The notes under the pieces were generated by a model. The model was not told the DNA's origin, did not search any database, and saw nothing but the letters and a program-made list of their open reading frames with translations. Below, piece by piece: positions 49,440 through 62,803 of a stretch of DNA of 64,000 nucleotides (its first letter is position 1; every line of letters starts with the position of its first letter). The stretch comes from Squalus acanthias (Eukaryota), in assembly GCA_030390025.1 (NCBI GenBank), contig CM059432.1, positions 126,482,001 to 126,546,000 on the forward strand, in the 5' to 3' direction. A program made the translations under genes and the position numbers.

Positions 49440-50448
49440 GATGGTTTCTCACTCGGACAAATAGGTCAGTCTGCTCAGGCCGCTGGTAACCAGAAAAAAA
49501 TGACAGTTCCTGGCCTCCAGCAACAATGTTTACATCCGCACGATCTCCATCAAGTGAAGAGTCACACTTCCTATTTTCTAGCAGAACCACCAAGTTTGAA
49601 TTTTGGGGTAACTACGAATTTGCGCAAGATTTCAGTGGGTTAACGCCATTCTTAAATAGCAAACAGGATGATAGGAATGTGTTGAGCAACAGATGTCAAA
49701 AACTGTCACACTTTTACACCAAAATGAGTGGCGGTCACTCCTAATGAGTGGAAGTTGACATAGCAACTGTTATGCTTTATAGAATGATTAAGTAGTAATA
49801 TTCAGTAAAACTGTCAATATTAAATTATAACCAGTTAAACAAAATCTTGGTAATACTTTGTAATATGTTGCAATTATTTGACATAAAATAAACTTTAAAA
49901 GCATCAAATGCCGCGCACTAGGAACCAGGTATCTATTAGTATTAAAAGCTTTGCCTAGGGTGTGGACTTCACAAATTTGACTCCTGAAGTCTCTCTCCTA
50001 ACCCTGGAGCCATTGTATATATAAAGTAAAATTATATTCAGCAACTGATGGTAGGCAACCATCGGTGCAACTTCCTATACATTTTACAAAAAAACGAACC
50101 TGAAGGAACTGAGGGAAGAGCTTGAGTAAATTGGTTGAGGAAGGGGTTTGTTCATCGACACTTGAGTACATGACGAATGGAACACCTTTAAAAGGCATAA
50201 TGCTGAGCATGCAGGGAAAATACACACCTAGTATTAATTTGCGTAGACTAAACAGGTATGACCTCAAATGGGTAAACAAAATCAATCAGACATGAAGGAG
50301 ACAAAACGACAATCTTATACAAACCCTGCAGGAAGAAAGTTGAGGGGATCCGCTGGGATGAGCACAGGAACATGCAGAAACATGTCAAAAGGGTGGTCAG
50401 TGGGGGCAAAGAACCACTTGGGCAGGTGCAGAACGTGACTAAGACATT

Positions 50449-51206
50449 GGGGCAGAAATTGCAGTCTCCGTGACGGCGTGCGTACTCTGAGTACGGCGTC
50501 GTAATCCATTTCAAAGGCCCCGCAACTTCCGGATTTCCGCATGCGCGAAATCAGGAACTTGCGATCTGTCAAGGTTCGCCTTGACAGATCATCCGAACCG
50601 ACTGAAAATGTGTATCGCTGGTGCAGAATTGGGCTATTTGCCCAACAACTGCCCACGCAACTCTTACGGCTGGTAAAAGCAGGTGTAGGGCCTGCTGTCA
50701 TCAGCACAAGGATATTAGGGTATAGAGAAGGCTTAAATAAAACATTTAAAAATCCAAAATTATGCACATACACTTTACATTAGTTTATGCAAATATTGGC
50801 TTGGATTAAGATGTTTAAAATTATTTATCAAAAAATTAATTTTTATTGAGGTTGGTACAATGAAAGGACTCATGAATAAAACTGAATTTCAGTACATTGT
50901 ATATTTATTAGAATTCTGTACATTGTATAATTATTTGGGGATTCCATTGCATCCCATTAGGGGATTCCCTTCGGAAATGATTGCAATGGAATCCTCCTTT
51001 TTCATTGGAGGTCCTGGCCCACAAGCTCCCAGGTACGCTTCCGAACCGCTTGCGTCCCTGGGATCCGTGGGTCTTCACACCGACGTCTGCCTGGAGGCCC
51101 AAGACTGCAACTCTCTGCAGCCTGGCCGCCAGGAGGTAAATTTGTAAATGTTTCGCGGGTCGGAGGCATACTCCGGAGGTGCGCCTCCAACCGCAATTTC
51201 TAGGCC
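50449..51206. mobile_element. Harbinger-type MITE, complete
   Basis: TIRs GGGGCAGAAATTGC / GCAATTTCTAGGCC; 3-bp TSD ATT (50446-50448 and 51207-51209). Confidence 0.82.
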
Positions 51207-51476
51207 ATTCTTTCAGTAAGGGAGAGCAGTTGAAGAAAAGATGAGAACCCTAAAGGATTCGAACAAGTCTGAAGCTGCTGACAGGCAGAAGGTAGTTAAT
51301 ACACTCAATGATTACGCCCTCCGTATATTCACGAGGGCAGACATCGGCAAAGCGCTCTTCCTAAATAGCGATAATTCAAGTAGAACTAACAAAAAAGTCA
51401 AGGCGGTTAAGTCAGGCAGGGTCTTCACTTCTGACTCCATGTTGGCTGCTGTTTCCAAGTTACTATCGAACAGGCA

Positions 51477-52146
51477 GGGGGTAATCTTCGACTTTCGCCT
51501 GAAATGAGCATGAAGTTGGCAGAGTGGCCACGCTGCCCACCCGAACCATTTTCAGGCTCGGGCCCCGTTTAAATGCAGTGGTCAAGCTGTGGGAGCCAGG
51601 CTGCAGCTTGCCAGTTGTGGGGTGAGCAGGGGACGGGGGCAATGAGGAGGAAATCAGCCAGCTCCTATGTTCAGGAGGCCGACAAACCAGGCCTGCGGGT
51701 GGGGGTGGGGGTGGGGCGGGAGTGGTGGGTGATCCCGGGTGGATGGGTGTCGCATGGGCCGGCAACTGATCAGTCATTCTTTTTTGGTGGGCTCAGGAAA
51801 ATAAAGATTCAACATTTCTGGTGATGTTTTTTTGAGCGGCCTCAAGCGGTCCCTTTAAGGACTGCTGGTTAGGCCGCTCAATGCCTGGTACAAATGGAGA
51901 GAACATGTGCAGCCCACGCTGCACTTGGCTGTACCTGAAAATTACAATCAGAGTCCTACAACGCGCATAGCTCTCCCGATTTGCATATTTAAGCAGCTTC
52001 CCACCTGAAACCGGCATTTATAGGACCGCCTGAAAATTGCAGCAGGCAAGCCTTACACATCAGTGGAGCAACACAGGTCTCCCCCATGAATTTCAACAGC
52101 CGGCTGCCCACTTTTCAGGCAAGAAACAGGTAGTTGAAATTCGCCC
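51477..52146. mobile_element. MITE
   Basis: Imperfect TIRs GGGGTAATCTTCGACT and AGTTGAAATTCGCCC. Confidence 0.5.
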
Positions 52147-52199
52147 TCTAATCTTCAAGTTTGCTCCTGATAATTGATTCCATTATTTTATGCAAGATA

Positions 52200-52547
52200 A
52201 AATACTTAAAGGGCTTGACAGGGTGGATACCGAGAGGCTGGAGAGAATAGAACCAGGGGTCATAGTCTCAGAATAAGGGGTCACCCATTTAAGACTGAGA
52301 AGAGGAGAAATTTCTTCACTCAAAGGGTTGCGAATCTTTGGCATTCTCTATCCCAGAGGGCTGTGGATGCTCATTGAGTATATTCAAGACTGAGATAGAT
52401 TTTTGGATACTAAGAGAATCAAGGGATATGGGGATAGTGCAGGAAAGTGGAGTTGAGGTATAAGATCAGCCATGATCTTACTGAATGGCGGAGCAGGCTC
52501 GAGGGGTCGTAGGGCTGACTCCTGCTCTTATTTCTTATGTTCTTATG
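52200..52547 (+). mobile_element. CR1 LINE 3' fragment
   Basis: Matches 14005-14275 and ends in a TTCTTATGTTCTTATG tail. Confidence 0.88.
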
Positions 52548-52759
52548 CACTAGGAAGCATCTGGTTGCCTAGTTCAGATTTGTCACTCTTTTTGAAAACG
52601 GGTTTCCTCATCATAGAGTCATAGAGTTATACAACACTGAAAGAGGCCCTTCGGCCCATCGTGTCCGCACCGGCCATCAAGCCCTGTCTATTCTAATCCC
52701 ATTTTCCAGCACTTGGTCCGTAGCCTTGTATGCTATGGTGTTTCAAGTGCTCATCTAAA

Positions 52760-55437
52760 TGCTTCTTGAATGTTGTGAGGGTTCCTGCCTCTACCACCCT
52801 TTCAGGCAGGAGTTCCAGATTCCAACCACCCTCTGGGTGAAAAAGTTTTTCCTCAAATCCCCTCTAAACCTTCTGCCCCTTACCTTGAAACTATGCCCCC
52901 TGGTTATTCACCCCTCTACTAAGGGGAAAAGTTCCTTTCTATCTACTCTATCTATGCCCCTCATAATTTTGTACACCTCAATCAGGTCCCCCCTCAGCCT
53001 TCTCTGCTCTAAGGAAAACAACCCCAGCCTGTCCAGTCTCTCCTCATAGCTGAAGCGCTCCAGCCCAGGTAACATCCTGGTGAATTTCCTCTGCAACCTC
53101 TCCAATGCAATCACATCCTTCCTATAGTGTGGCGACCAGAACTGCACACAGTATTCCAGCTGTGGCCTAACTAGCGGTTTGTACAGCTCCATCATAACCT
53201 CCCTGCTCTTATATTCTATGCCTCGGCTAATGAAGGCAAGTATCCCATATGCCTTTTTAACCACCTTATCTACCTGTCCTGCTACCTTCAGGGATCTATG
53301 TACATGCACACCAAGGTCCCTCTGATCCTCTGTCCTTCCTAGGGTCCTACCATTCATTGTGTATTCCCTTGCCTGGTTAGTCCTCCCAAAATGCATCACC
53401 TCACACTTTTCAGGGTTAAATTCCATTTGCCACTGTTCTGCCCATCTAACCAACCCGTCTATATCGTCCTGTAGCCTGAGGCTTCCCACCTCGCTATTTA
53501 CCACTCCACCAATTTTCGTGTCATCTGCGAACTTACTGATCATACCTCCTACATTCATATCTAAATCATTAATGTACACTACAAACAGCAAAGGACCCAG
53601 CACCGATCCCTGCGGTACACCACTGGACACAGGCTTCCAGTCACAAAAACAACCTTCGACCATCACCCTCTGCCTCCTGCCACTAAGCCAATTTTGGATC
53701 CAATGTGCCAAATTGCCCTGGATCCCATGGGCTCTAACCTTCTTGACCAGTCTCCCATGCAGGACTTTGTCAAAAGCCTTACTGAAGTCCATGTAGACTA
53801 CATCAACTGCACTACCCTCATCCACACACCTAGTCACCCCCTCAAAAAATTCAATCAAATTGGTTAAACATGATCTCCCACTGACAAAGCCATGCTGACT
53901 ATCCTTGATTAATGCTTGCCTCTCCAAGTGGAGACTAATTCTGTCCCTCAGAATTTTTTCCAATAATTTCCCTACCACTGATGTTAGGCTCACTGGCCTG
54001 TAATTACCTGGTTTATCCCTACTACCCTTCTTGAATAATGGTACTACATCAAAGCCCCTGCAATCTCCTCCCTTGCCTCACACAGCAGCCTGGGATACAT
54101 CTCGTCTGGGCCTGGGGATTTATCTGCTTTTAAGCCCGCTAAAACCGCTAGTACCTCCTCCCTCTCAATACTAATTTGTTCAGGTATATCACAATCCCCC
54201 TGCCTGATTTCTATGCCTACATCGTCCTTCTCCATAGTGAACACAGATGCAAAATATTCATTTAAAACCTCACCCACATCTACTGGCTCAACACACAGAT
54301 TGCCACTTTGGTCCCTAATGGGCCCTACTCTTTCCCTGGTTATCCTCTTGCCCTTAATATACTTATAAAACACCTTGGGATTTTCCTTTATTTTGCCCGC
54401 CAGTGTTTTTTCATGCCCCCACTTCGCTCTCCTAATTTCTTTTTTAAGTACACCCCTGCACTTTCTATACTCCTCTAGGGCTTCCACTGTTTTTAGTCCT
54501 TTGTATCTGCCAAAAGCCTCCCTTTTTTTCCTAATCCATTCCTGTATATCCCTTGACATCCATGGTTCCCTGGGCTTGTTGGTCCCACCCTTGACCTTTA
54601 CGGGAACATGTTGGCATTGTACTCTCTCTCTTTCCTTTCTGAAAGACTCCCACTGCTCTGATGTGGATTTTCCTACAAGTAGCTGATCCCAGTCCACTTT
54701 GGCCAGATCCTGCCTTATCATATTAAAATCGGCCTTCCCCCAATTTAGAACCTTTATTTCCGGTCCATCTTTGTCCTTTTCCATGACTACCTTAAATCTC
54801 ACCGAATTATGGTCACTGTCAACAAAATGCTCTCCTACTGACACTACCACTTGCCCGGCTACATTCCCTAGAATTAGGTCCAGTACCGCCCCCTCTCTTG
54901 TAGCACTTTCTACATGCTGGCGCAGAAAGCTCTCCTGGATGCACTAAGAATGCCGCACCCTCTAAGCCTTTCACACTCTGACTATCCCAGTTAATATTGG
55001 GGAAGTTGAAATCCCCTACTATTATTACCCTATTATTTCTACACTTCTGAGATTTGCCTACATATCTGTTCCTCTATCCCCCGCTGACTGTTTGGGGGCC
55101 TATAGTACACTCCCAGCAAAGTGCTTGCCCCCTTTTTGTTTTTAAGTTCTACCCATATGGCCTCATTAGAGGAACCTGCTAAGATATCATCCCTCCCTAC
55201 AGCAGTAATTGACTCCTTGATTAATATTGCGACACCCCCTCCTCTTTTACACCCCCCTCTGTCTCGCCTGAAGATTCTATACCCAGGAATATTGAGCTGC
55301 CAGTCCTGCCCCTCCCTCAACCATGTCTCTGTGATAGCAACAATATCATACTCCCATGTATTCATCAACACCTTCAATTCATCTGCCTTACTCGCAAGAC
55401 TCCTTGCATTAAAATAAATGCCATCCAGCCTTGCCAT
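52760..55437 (-). pseudogene. CR1 ORF2 (APE endonuclease-RT), broken by frameshifts and a deletion
   Basis: YFNARSL, ITETWL, YYRPP, SDH, KSPGPD, DFSKAFDKV, GVPQGSVLGP and FADD spread over several frames. Confidence 0.9.
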
Positions 55438-55580
55438 ACTCCCTTATGCCGTTACATATTTGCTCTGCCTTCCAGGCTGACTTGTTTTTTCCTCTATATC
55501 TGGCTGTGCATCATCCCCTATATTTGGCTGTGCATCACCCCCTACTATAGCTCCACTCTGTATCCCATCCCCCTGCCACG

Positions 55581-56534
55581 TTAGTTTAACCCCCCCCCCC
55601 CAACAGTACTAGCAAACCACCCCGCAAGGATGTTGGTCCCGTTCCGGTTCAGGTGCAACCCGTCCGACTTGTACAGGTCCCACCTTCCCCAGAAGCAGAC
55701 CCAGTGATCCAGGAAACTAAAGCCCTCTCTCCTGCACCAACTCTTTAGCCACGCATTCATCTGCTCGATCCTCCTACTCCTATACTCACTAGCACGTGGC
55801 ACCGGGAGTAATTCAGAGATTACAATCTTTGAGGTCCTGCTTTTTAATCTGCTACCTACCTCCCTAAATTCTTGTTGCAGGACCTCATCCCTCTTTCTAC
55901 CCATGTCATTGGTACCAATGTGAACCACGACCTCTGACTGTTCGCCCTCCCCCTTCAGAATGCCCTGCAGCCGTTCAGTGACATCCTTCACCCTGGCACC
56001 AGGGAAGCAACATACCATCCTGGAGTCACGTCTGCGGCCACAGAAACATCTATCTGTTCCCCTTACGATAGAATCCCCTATCACTATTGCTCTCCCACTC
56101 TTTTTCCTCCCCTCCTGTGCAGCTGAGCCACTCGTAGTGCCACGGACTTGGCTCTTGCTGCATTCCCCTGAGAAACCATCTCCTCCATCAGTATCCAAAA
56201 CGGAAAATCTGTTGGAGTGGGAGATGGACCCAGGGGACTCCTGCACTACCTTCCTAGTTCTTTTACTCTGTCTGGCGGTCACCCATTTCCTGTCTACCTG
56301 TGCACTCTTTACCTGCAGTGTGACCACCTCGTTAAACGTGCTATCCACGAAGATCTCAGCTTTGCGGATGCTCCACAGTGACTCCAGCCGCAGCTCCAGC
56401 TCCGAAACGCGGATTTCGAGTAGCTGCAGCTGGAGACACTTCCTGCACATGTGTTCGCACTGGACACCGAAAGTGTTCCTGACTTCACACATAGCACAGG
56501 AGGAGCACTCCACGCTGCTGAGCTGCCCTGCCAT
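55581..56534 (-). CDS. CR1 ORF1 protein (Zn finger/coiled coil plus SGNH esterase), open frame, 317 aa
   Basis: CSSC..CRKC plus Leu heptads; GDS (VIGDSIVRG), HIGTND and DGLHLN blocks of SGNH hydrolases. Confidence 0.9.
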   Translation of the reverse strand: MAGQLSSVECSSCAMCEVRNTFGVQCEHMCRKCLQLQLLEIRVSELELRLESLWSIRKAEIFVDSTFNEVVTLQVKSAQVDRKWVTARQSKRTRKVVQESPGSISHSNRFSVLDTDGGDGFSGECSKSQVRGTTSGSAAQEGRKKSGRAIVIGDSIVRGTDRCFCGRRRDSRMVCCFPGARVKDVTERLQGILKGEGEQSEVVVHIGTNDMGRKRDEVLQQEFREVGSRLKSRTSKIVISELLPVPRASEYRSRRIEQMNAWLKSWCRREGFSFLDHWVCFWGRWDLYKSDGLHLNRNGTNILAGWFASTVGGGGLN

Positions 56535-56980
56535 GTCCTACCCTTAATTTACTCCCTTTACTTCCTTTAAATTAAAGAATATTAAATATACTAGGGACCT
56601 TACTTCCCTTTAAACACTACTTACTCTAAACTAGAGACCTTACTTTTACTTCAACGACTGGACTGTAGAAATACTCACCAGGTCCTACTTACCAATCAGC
56701 TCCTTCCCTGGTTATGACGTCACTTTAGCGGTTTCGCAGTTGTTGTTGTTTGACTGCTCCCGCTCTCGGACTCTTTCCTTGGTGTAAAGTAAGAACCAAT
56801 TCCCAACTCGCAGCACTCTGTTTAAACCGCACTTTTATTTTTCTCCAGATGCGGTTGGGGGGTGTCACAGAGCCGAACTCCCGCTGGTTCTCTGTCCCCT
56901 CTTGTGCAGCTTTTTAGCTCCTGCTCTCCTAGAAGCTGACGAAGATAGAAAAAGAAAGGAACACCTCCCTCCCCGAACTC

Positions 56981-57069
56981 ACTCAACTCAACTCAACTCA
57001 ACTCAACTCAACTCAACTCAACTCAACTCAACTCAACTCAACTCAACTCAACTCAACTCAACTCAACTC
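56981..57069. repeat. (ACTCA)n microsatellite, ~18 units
   Basis: Perfect pentamer run inside the CR1 5'UTR region. Confidence 0.97.
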
Positions 57070-59194
57070 GCAGCTTAACACTCTGTTGCGATCTGTACTC
57101 CGTGACAAACTGCACTCTAGCCTCCCTTATTTATACTGCTGAGATTTAAATAAGTGAGCTCTCTGGCAGTTACAGAACCAGATTAGACCAGTTAATTAAT
57201 TAATTACTCTCACCTGCTCTCCAGCACAGAGCTTGCTTAGCCCTGCCCAAGCCTGGAAGAAACTTAAAACAGTAAATTTAAACTAAATGCTAACTGCAAG
57301 CACACAAGACTAGATTTTATTAAAAAAAAGAGATTAACCTTTAAGATTCACTCCCTCACTCACCAAACTCGCAGCTTAACATTCTGTTCCGATCATGACT
57401 GTCAACAGCTCACCAATCTCATCCTTTGTCTGTCTTAGAACTCGGGGATAAATGAGATGGAAGTCCCAGACAGGGTAAAAAGGACTGAAAGCAAAGATCT
57501 GCAGGGCAGATCCAAGGTATCAAGTGCAATAACTTTGTCATTTGTATTTTGTGGTTGCCAGCAAACCATTCACCACACATTTGACAGCCAACAGCTGGCT
57601 GTCATCCCTTCCCCCTTTATCTTTATCTCTCAACAATTACTTAGTCAATCAGACTTTTAAAAACAAAATCTGCATCTCAAACCTGCAGCTTCGGAATTGT
57701 GTGGTATTGTTTAAGGGAATTGTGTGGTATTGTTTAAGGGTATTTGTACTGTAAACATTATTGATTATTTGTAAAATTAATCATTGCATTTATATTAACT
57801 ATAAGGCTGTTTTTAAGGCTTTATGTTTTACTGTGATGGATGAATGTAATGGATTTACTATGTAATTGATGAGTTGTATAAGTATTATTGATTTGAATAA
57901 AAGATTCACCCCGAAAAAAAAACCAAAAAAAAAAACCTGCAGCTTCGGAGTCCAGAAGTGAATTGAACAGAACCAGAAAGCACACAGCAACTCCAGATAC
58001 CCTGGGTGACATACGGGGGGGGGCACAATCCCAAATCATGATATTAGTTGGATTCTGCATTTGTTTTTTTTTTAATTTACCTATAAAAAGTGCCAAAGTT
58101 TTAATTGGTATTAAGTCAGAAATCTGTGCTTCAACTATAAGGTTTTTTTTTTCTTCTTTTAAGCTCCTTATTTAAAAAAACCTCAAATTACAGGTGAGGT
58201 GTTGAGTTGGGGATATTATCAGATTGTAGAAGCTATATAGCTTGAAATGTTTCTGCCTGTGTGTGTGAAGTGATACTTTTCCACCAAAACAAGAGAGAAA
58301 ATAACACATAAAAGTCACTGCGCCTGACTCATTTATTAGTGGCGTTGCCCAGCGTGCACCTAAGCTACACCAATGAGGAAGGTCCCAGATTGGATAACCG
58401 TCCCCATTTTACATGGACAGTCAGCGTTTGGACCTCTGTGCCCCTGCCAGTGGGCAAACCCATTTAAACTTCCCACTTAACAGACCCATCAGTCAGCTCT
58501 GGCCAGTTTAATGTGCGCACACTGCCGCAATCATCTGGCTCTCACATTTAGTGACTGAGGAACAGGATTTGTGGTTGAGAAGCTGTGGAGAGGGCAAGAG
58601 TGACTGAGTGACGTATAAAGCAGTCATATTTCCGAAACATTAATAAAATATGAGAATGAAAAATTTCTTAACTGTTTGGATCCCCACACAAGCGCTATTA
58701 AAAAACAAATTGAACAATAAGAGCAACTAAAGCCTTTTCAACACAAGAGAGGTAATTCCTGAATGATGTTTCCAGGATCAGCACACTCAGTTGGAAGCAA
58801 ACATCAAGGGCCTCTGTCTTACACAACTCACTGCCATTACATTCACAGCTCTCCAGTACTATTGTAAAATCTATATTGGTATTTGCCGAGATAATTGCAA
58901 AGTCACTTCGATTAGAAAAGAGGATACTCGATGGAGATGAGAGTATTTCCCCCCCCCCCCCACTCATAATAAATACCTGTAAAAATTTTAAGTGATTAAG
59001 CCCCAATTAAGCTTTCTCAGTTGTAGATTAAATTATCATTTCCAGTGAGTATCCTCTATGTGACTTAGATTGTTTCAATACGTTCATAATTTTTTTACGG
59101 TACAGTACTAACTGATAAGGGTTAATGCACACTGTGGAAGCAAGGTGTGAGCCATCTTGCAATGAACTTGAAATGATTTTTTTGATCGCCTTAC

Positions 59195-59244
59195 AATAAG
59201 GACCATCATCAATAGGTCATGTACACTGGTCATAGGTATAGCAT
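59195..59244 (-). other. Candidate internal exon of an unidentified minus-strand transcript
   Basis: CCCCCTTCTTTTACTTCCAG acceptor and GTAAGG donor; 50 bp. Confidence 0.25.
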
Positions 59245-59419
59245 CTGGAAGTAAAAGAAGGGGGCACATGTACTCCACAAGTGGACAGAACTTACCAAAA
59301 GGTTGAAAGAAACTTCGTTGACACGTCACTCGCGATGTGTAAACAGTGCGAGGTGGTGACAAACAAAGCGAATACAATGTGAGATTACATTGCTGACCCA
59401 ATTGAATTCAAGCTGAAGT

Positions 59420-61520
59420 TTTTACAATGCTTTGGTCAATCTGTACCTGGAATACTGTGTACAATTCTAGTTGTCACAACATGAGAGAGTCGTCCAGGTC
59501 CTAGAGGCAATTCAGAGGAGAGCAAGACAGACACTGATCTTTGGTAGTGGAGAGAAGAGCTACAAGGAACAACTTAAAAGGCGGTTACTGAGAGATGATT
59601 TTCCAAAAGGTATACAAGATAGTAAACAGTGTAGGGAAGATAGATCTGGAACACTACTTCAAACTAAAAACCATGACATTAGGGCAATGGGACACAGAGG
59701 GCTGAATTTTGCCGGCGCTCAGAGGGCGGGTTCAGAAGCGGATCAGCCGTCAAAATAGCAAAGATTGACAGCGGGTAGGGAACCCGCCGTCAACCCGCCC
59801 CCACACAAGTCTCCCAGGTGTCGAGTCGGTCGGCGCTGAACAGACCCGACACCAAGCGGCGGGGGAGGCAATTCACATCATTAAATGGGATGTTAACATC
59901 CAATTAACTGTTATTTTAAGCCTACATTTCAATTTTACGTGCTCCCCCACGGGTTACTCGCTGCTCGGGGAACACGTCAGCTCAGCATGTCGTGTGTGGA
60001 TTCAGCATTGAATTACCTCATGATCTGACAGCTGCCAAAGTTATAGAAAAGATCCCATGTTACAGCTGTTCACTTTCAAAGCTCAGAAACTATTGGTTAC
60101 TGCATTTGGAAGACAGATTGAGATTTCTGCAGCTTGCAAGTGTTTGGAGCCAACTCTCTATCCAGTGCCACCTCATTGGAACAACCTCTCTCACCATTGA
60201 CAGATCGTGTCTGTCATCTCAACCTCACCTGCCATCTATTCATCAGCATCGTTGCCCTTGAAAATATTTCACCTTGGTCCTCAGAATCCCACCACAATCA
60301 GCCCCAACACCAGCATCACTGGGCACACCAGCAGCAATAACACCACCACCAGCCTTCTCCACAATCAACTGATGCTGCACAGGACACAGGGCGTCAGCAC
60401 CCGACCACATTGCTGCCCGGGATGTCCTCACCATGGCCAGATTTACTTCACTTGATGTTGTACACCCTGGCTGCCACATGATGCGCCAGGTTGGCACCAC
60501 CCCACACCAACACCATAAAGCATCCCTACAATGTCCAAGCCATTCCTTTCACACTCGTCACCATTGCAGGGTGGGGGGGGGGGGTTATGTCTCCCCATTC
60601 ACTACAACTCACTAAGCCACTTCCAAAGGTGCACACAAATCTGTCCAAGAATGCAAAGTGCTGAAAATAAAGGTTTCAATGTTTGACAGCACATTACCAG
60701 AAACTTCACATGAACATTGGCTAAACCACCCAAGTGCCTACCCTTGTGTGTTGTTAGTTGGTATGATTGGACTAGGATGAGGGTAAGTGTGAGGGGTGGC
60801 TAGTGAGATGGGGAAGTGATAATGTAGACAGAGAGGGATGGGTGGAGGTGCAAGATAAGTTGGTGTGAGTAAGGATGTGCAGGAGTAGGGTAGGGAAGGC
60901 AGAGTGATGGGGATGTGATGAGTGGCACAGCAGGATGAGGTTGAGTGTGGCTTTGCAGTAACGTTCCGTGATCTACTGAGATCATTGAAAGGTTTGCGCC
61001 ACTGCAGCCTAGTCCTCCAGATGCCATCCCTGCTTGTGCCCTCCTGTGCAATGTGCAACCAGGCTGCGTTGGTGTCCTGGGGAAGTCTCTTCCGCCCATG
61101 GGAAGGGAAGAGAACCTCCCTGCATGCAGTGACTCCCTCCATCAGCGTATGGAGGGAGTCATGGGAGAGCCTGGGTGAAGCCCTGCACCTTTCTGCAATG
61201 TTTGCAGCACCTCAATGCTGTAGAACACAGAGCAGAACTGTCAAGATCAATTTGAACACGGCCCCTTTAAGGAAAGCGGCTGATGACACGTCATCAAATG
61301 ACGTCATCACACCCACTTCCTTTTAATTGGCCAAGAACCTCGCAGGGCGGGCTTAACAAGCCCTATTAACATAAAATCACTTGGAGAGTGCGGGGCTGCA
61401 GTAGGCAGCGGCCTGGGACCGCGACTCCGACCCCGCCTCGGTCGGCGAAATCGTGGCCAGAGCGACACCAGTAAAAGAAGAATTTAGGACTGATATCAGG
61501 AAGTTCTTCTTCACACTAAG
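59420..61520 (+). mobile_element. Old CR1 3' relic interrupted by a Harbinger element
   Basis: CTGGAATACTGTGTACAATTCT before the insertion and TTTAGGACTGATATCAGGAAGTTCTTCTTCACAC after it. Confidence 0.65.
59699..61458. mobile_element. Non-autonomous Harbinger element, copy 3 (both ends present)
   Basis: Ends GGGCTGAATTTTGCCG and CGGCGAAATCGTGGCC; 3-bp TSD AGA (59696-59698 and 61459-61461); Myb/SANT remnant in ORF 60738-61142. Confidence 0.85.
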
Positions 61521-62094
61521 GAGCCAATAGTGCCATCATGTCAGTGCTACAAGTGCCTACAAATGGTTTGAGCTCCCTGAATAAAGCGTAATCAGTTTAC
61601 TTAAATAATATGGTGCATTGTCGGGCACTGGCAGCTAGTGAAGGGCTATTGGCTGCCTGGTGGCACAGCGGGGCCTGGGTGCCAGAAGGAGCAGAGAGCG
61701 GTGGTGTCCCAAGTTCTCTGTTAATTTTTTGTGGCAGCCTCCTTTTCAACGGCCATTCCAAACAGGCACCATGAAGCTGGAGTACATGATGCTGCATTAT
61801 GGGCCAAGAGTCTCATTTAAATTACGAGATATTGTAAAACAAATGCACAGGCTTTCCGCCCCGTTTATACTCTGGGCCTGCACTGGGCATGCTGAGTGCC
61901 TCAGGCACACTGTCGACCTTAGGCCTCTAGGTCAGATTTTCCAGGCCTAGTCACCAGCATACAGTCAGCTCCCAAAAGTGATCGATACGTCGCATTGACA
62001 TCTGGGCAGCGTAACGGAATCGAGAACCTGGAAATCAGTTCAGAAACCATGGGATGCTGTGATGGCAAGCGGCAGTTGATGCTGGGTCAAATGT

Positions 62095-62241
62095 TAATTT
62101 TAAATCTGAGATTGATAGATTTCTGTTAAGCAAAGGGATATGAGGCAAAAGGCGGGTCGTGGAGTTAGGTCACAGATCAACCATGATCTCATTGAATGGC
62201 GGAACTGGCTCGAGGGGCTCAATGGACTCCTCCTGTTCCTA
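62095..62241 (+). mobile_element. CR1 3' tail fragment
   Basis: CTGAGATTGATAGATTT...CCATGATCTCATTGAATGGCGG...CTCCTGTTCCTA. Confidence 0.8.
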
Positions 62242-62746
62242 AGGATTGCAGGGTGAGAGGGGAAATGAGGTCCCTTCTAGATGGATGAGCTAAGATGGGC
62301 AGAGTTGCCTTTCATAGCAGAATCGGTTTTGCAGGTATAAAGTACGATATTACGCTCTCCTCTCATTAACAACCAGAAATTTGATTCTTGATTACACTGG
62401 TGCAACAATATTTTTTATTAAAAATACAGTTGTTTACAGCAATGATATTAAAGTGATATTTATGCAACCGCAGCAGTTTTGAAGCACATTAAGCAGCCGC
62501 TTGTAATGAAGTGTTAGTGAGTACTACATCCTTACTATGTGAGATGGGAATGTGAAAATCACAGCACACGACAGCACAACCCTTCTGCTCATAGATTTCA
62601 ATTTGCTAGACAAGTATTTGTCTGGGGAACGTTAACAAGTGACCTGGTTAACAGCACCGTGCTCTCCCACGGTCTTGTGAGAGGCGAGGTTTATTAGCAG
62701 CTCAGTACTTTGATATTCTCTCTCCCTGGAACTTTCTTCTCCTTAC

Positions 62747-62803
62747 ACAAGACCACCAGTCAAGAACAGAACAGAATCCTGCGCGGCCTTAACTAGCTCA
62801 TTG
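62747..62803 (-). other. Candidate internal exon of an unidentified minus-strand transcript
   Basis: TTCTAATTTTCTATTTTTCAG acceptor with a branch-like CTAAT and a GTAAGG donor; open frame NELVKAAQDSVLFLTGGL. Confidence 0.3.

Larger units (their letters stand above)
52610..57395 (-). mobile_element. Near full-length CR1 LINE (5'UTR, ORF1, disrupted ORF2, 3' tail)
   Basis: ORF1 55581-56534; ORF2 pieces 55039-55437, 54044-54850 and 52908-53993; CTCTATGA tail repeats at 52610-52626. The 5' boundary is approximate. Confidence 0.93.

Noticed and set aside
11482..56547. Antisense ORFs over LINEs (e.g. 11482-11877, 19603-20091, 53359-53796, 55960-56547)
   Set aside because: Shadow frames opposite retroelement coding sequence.
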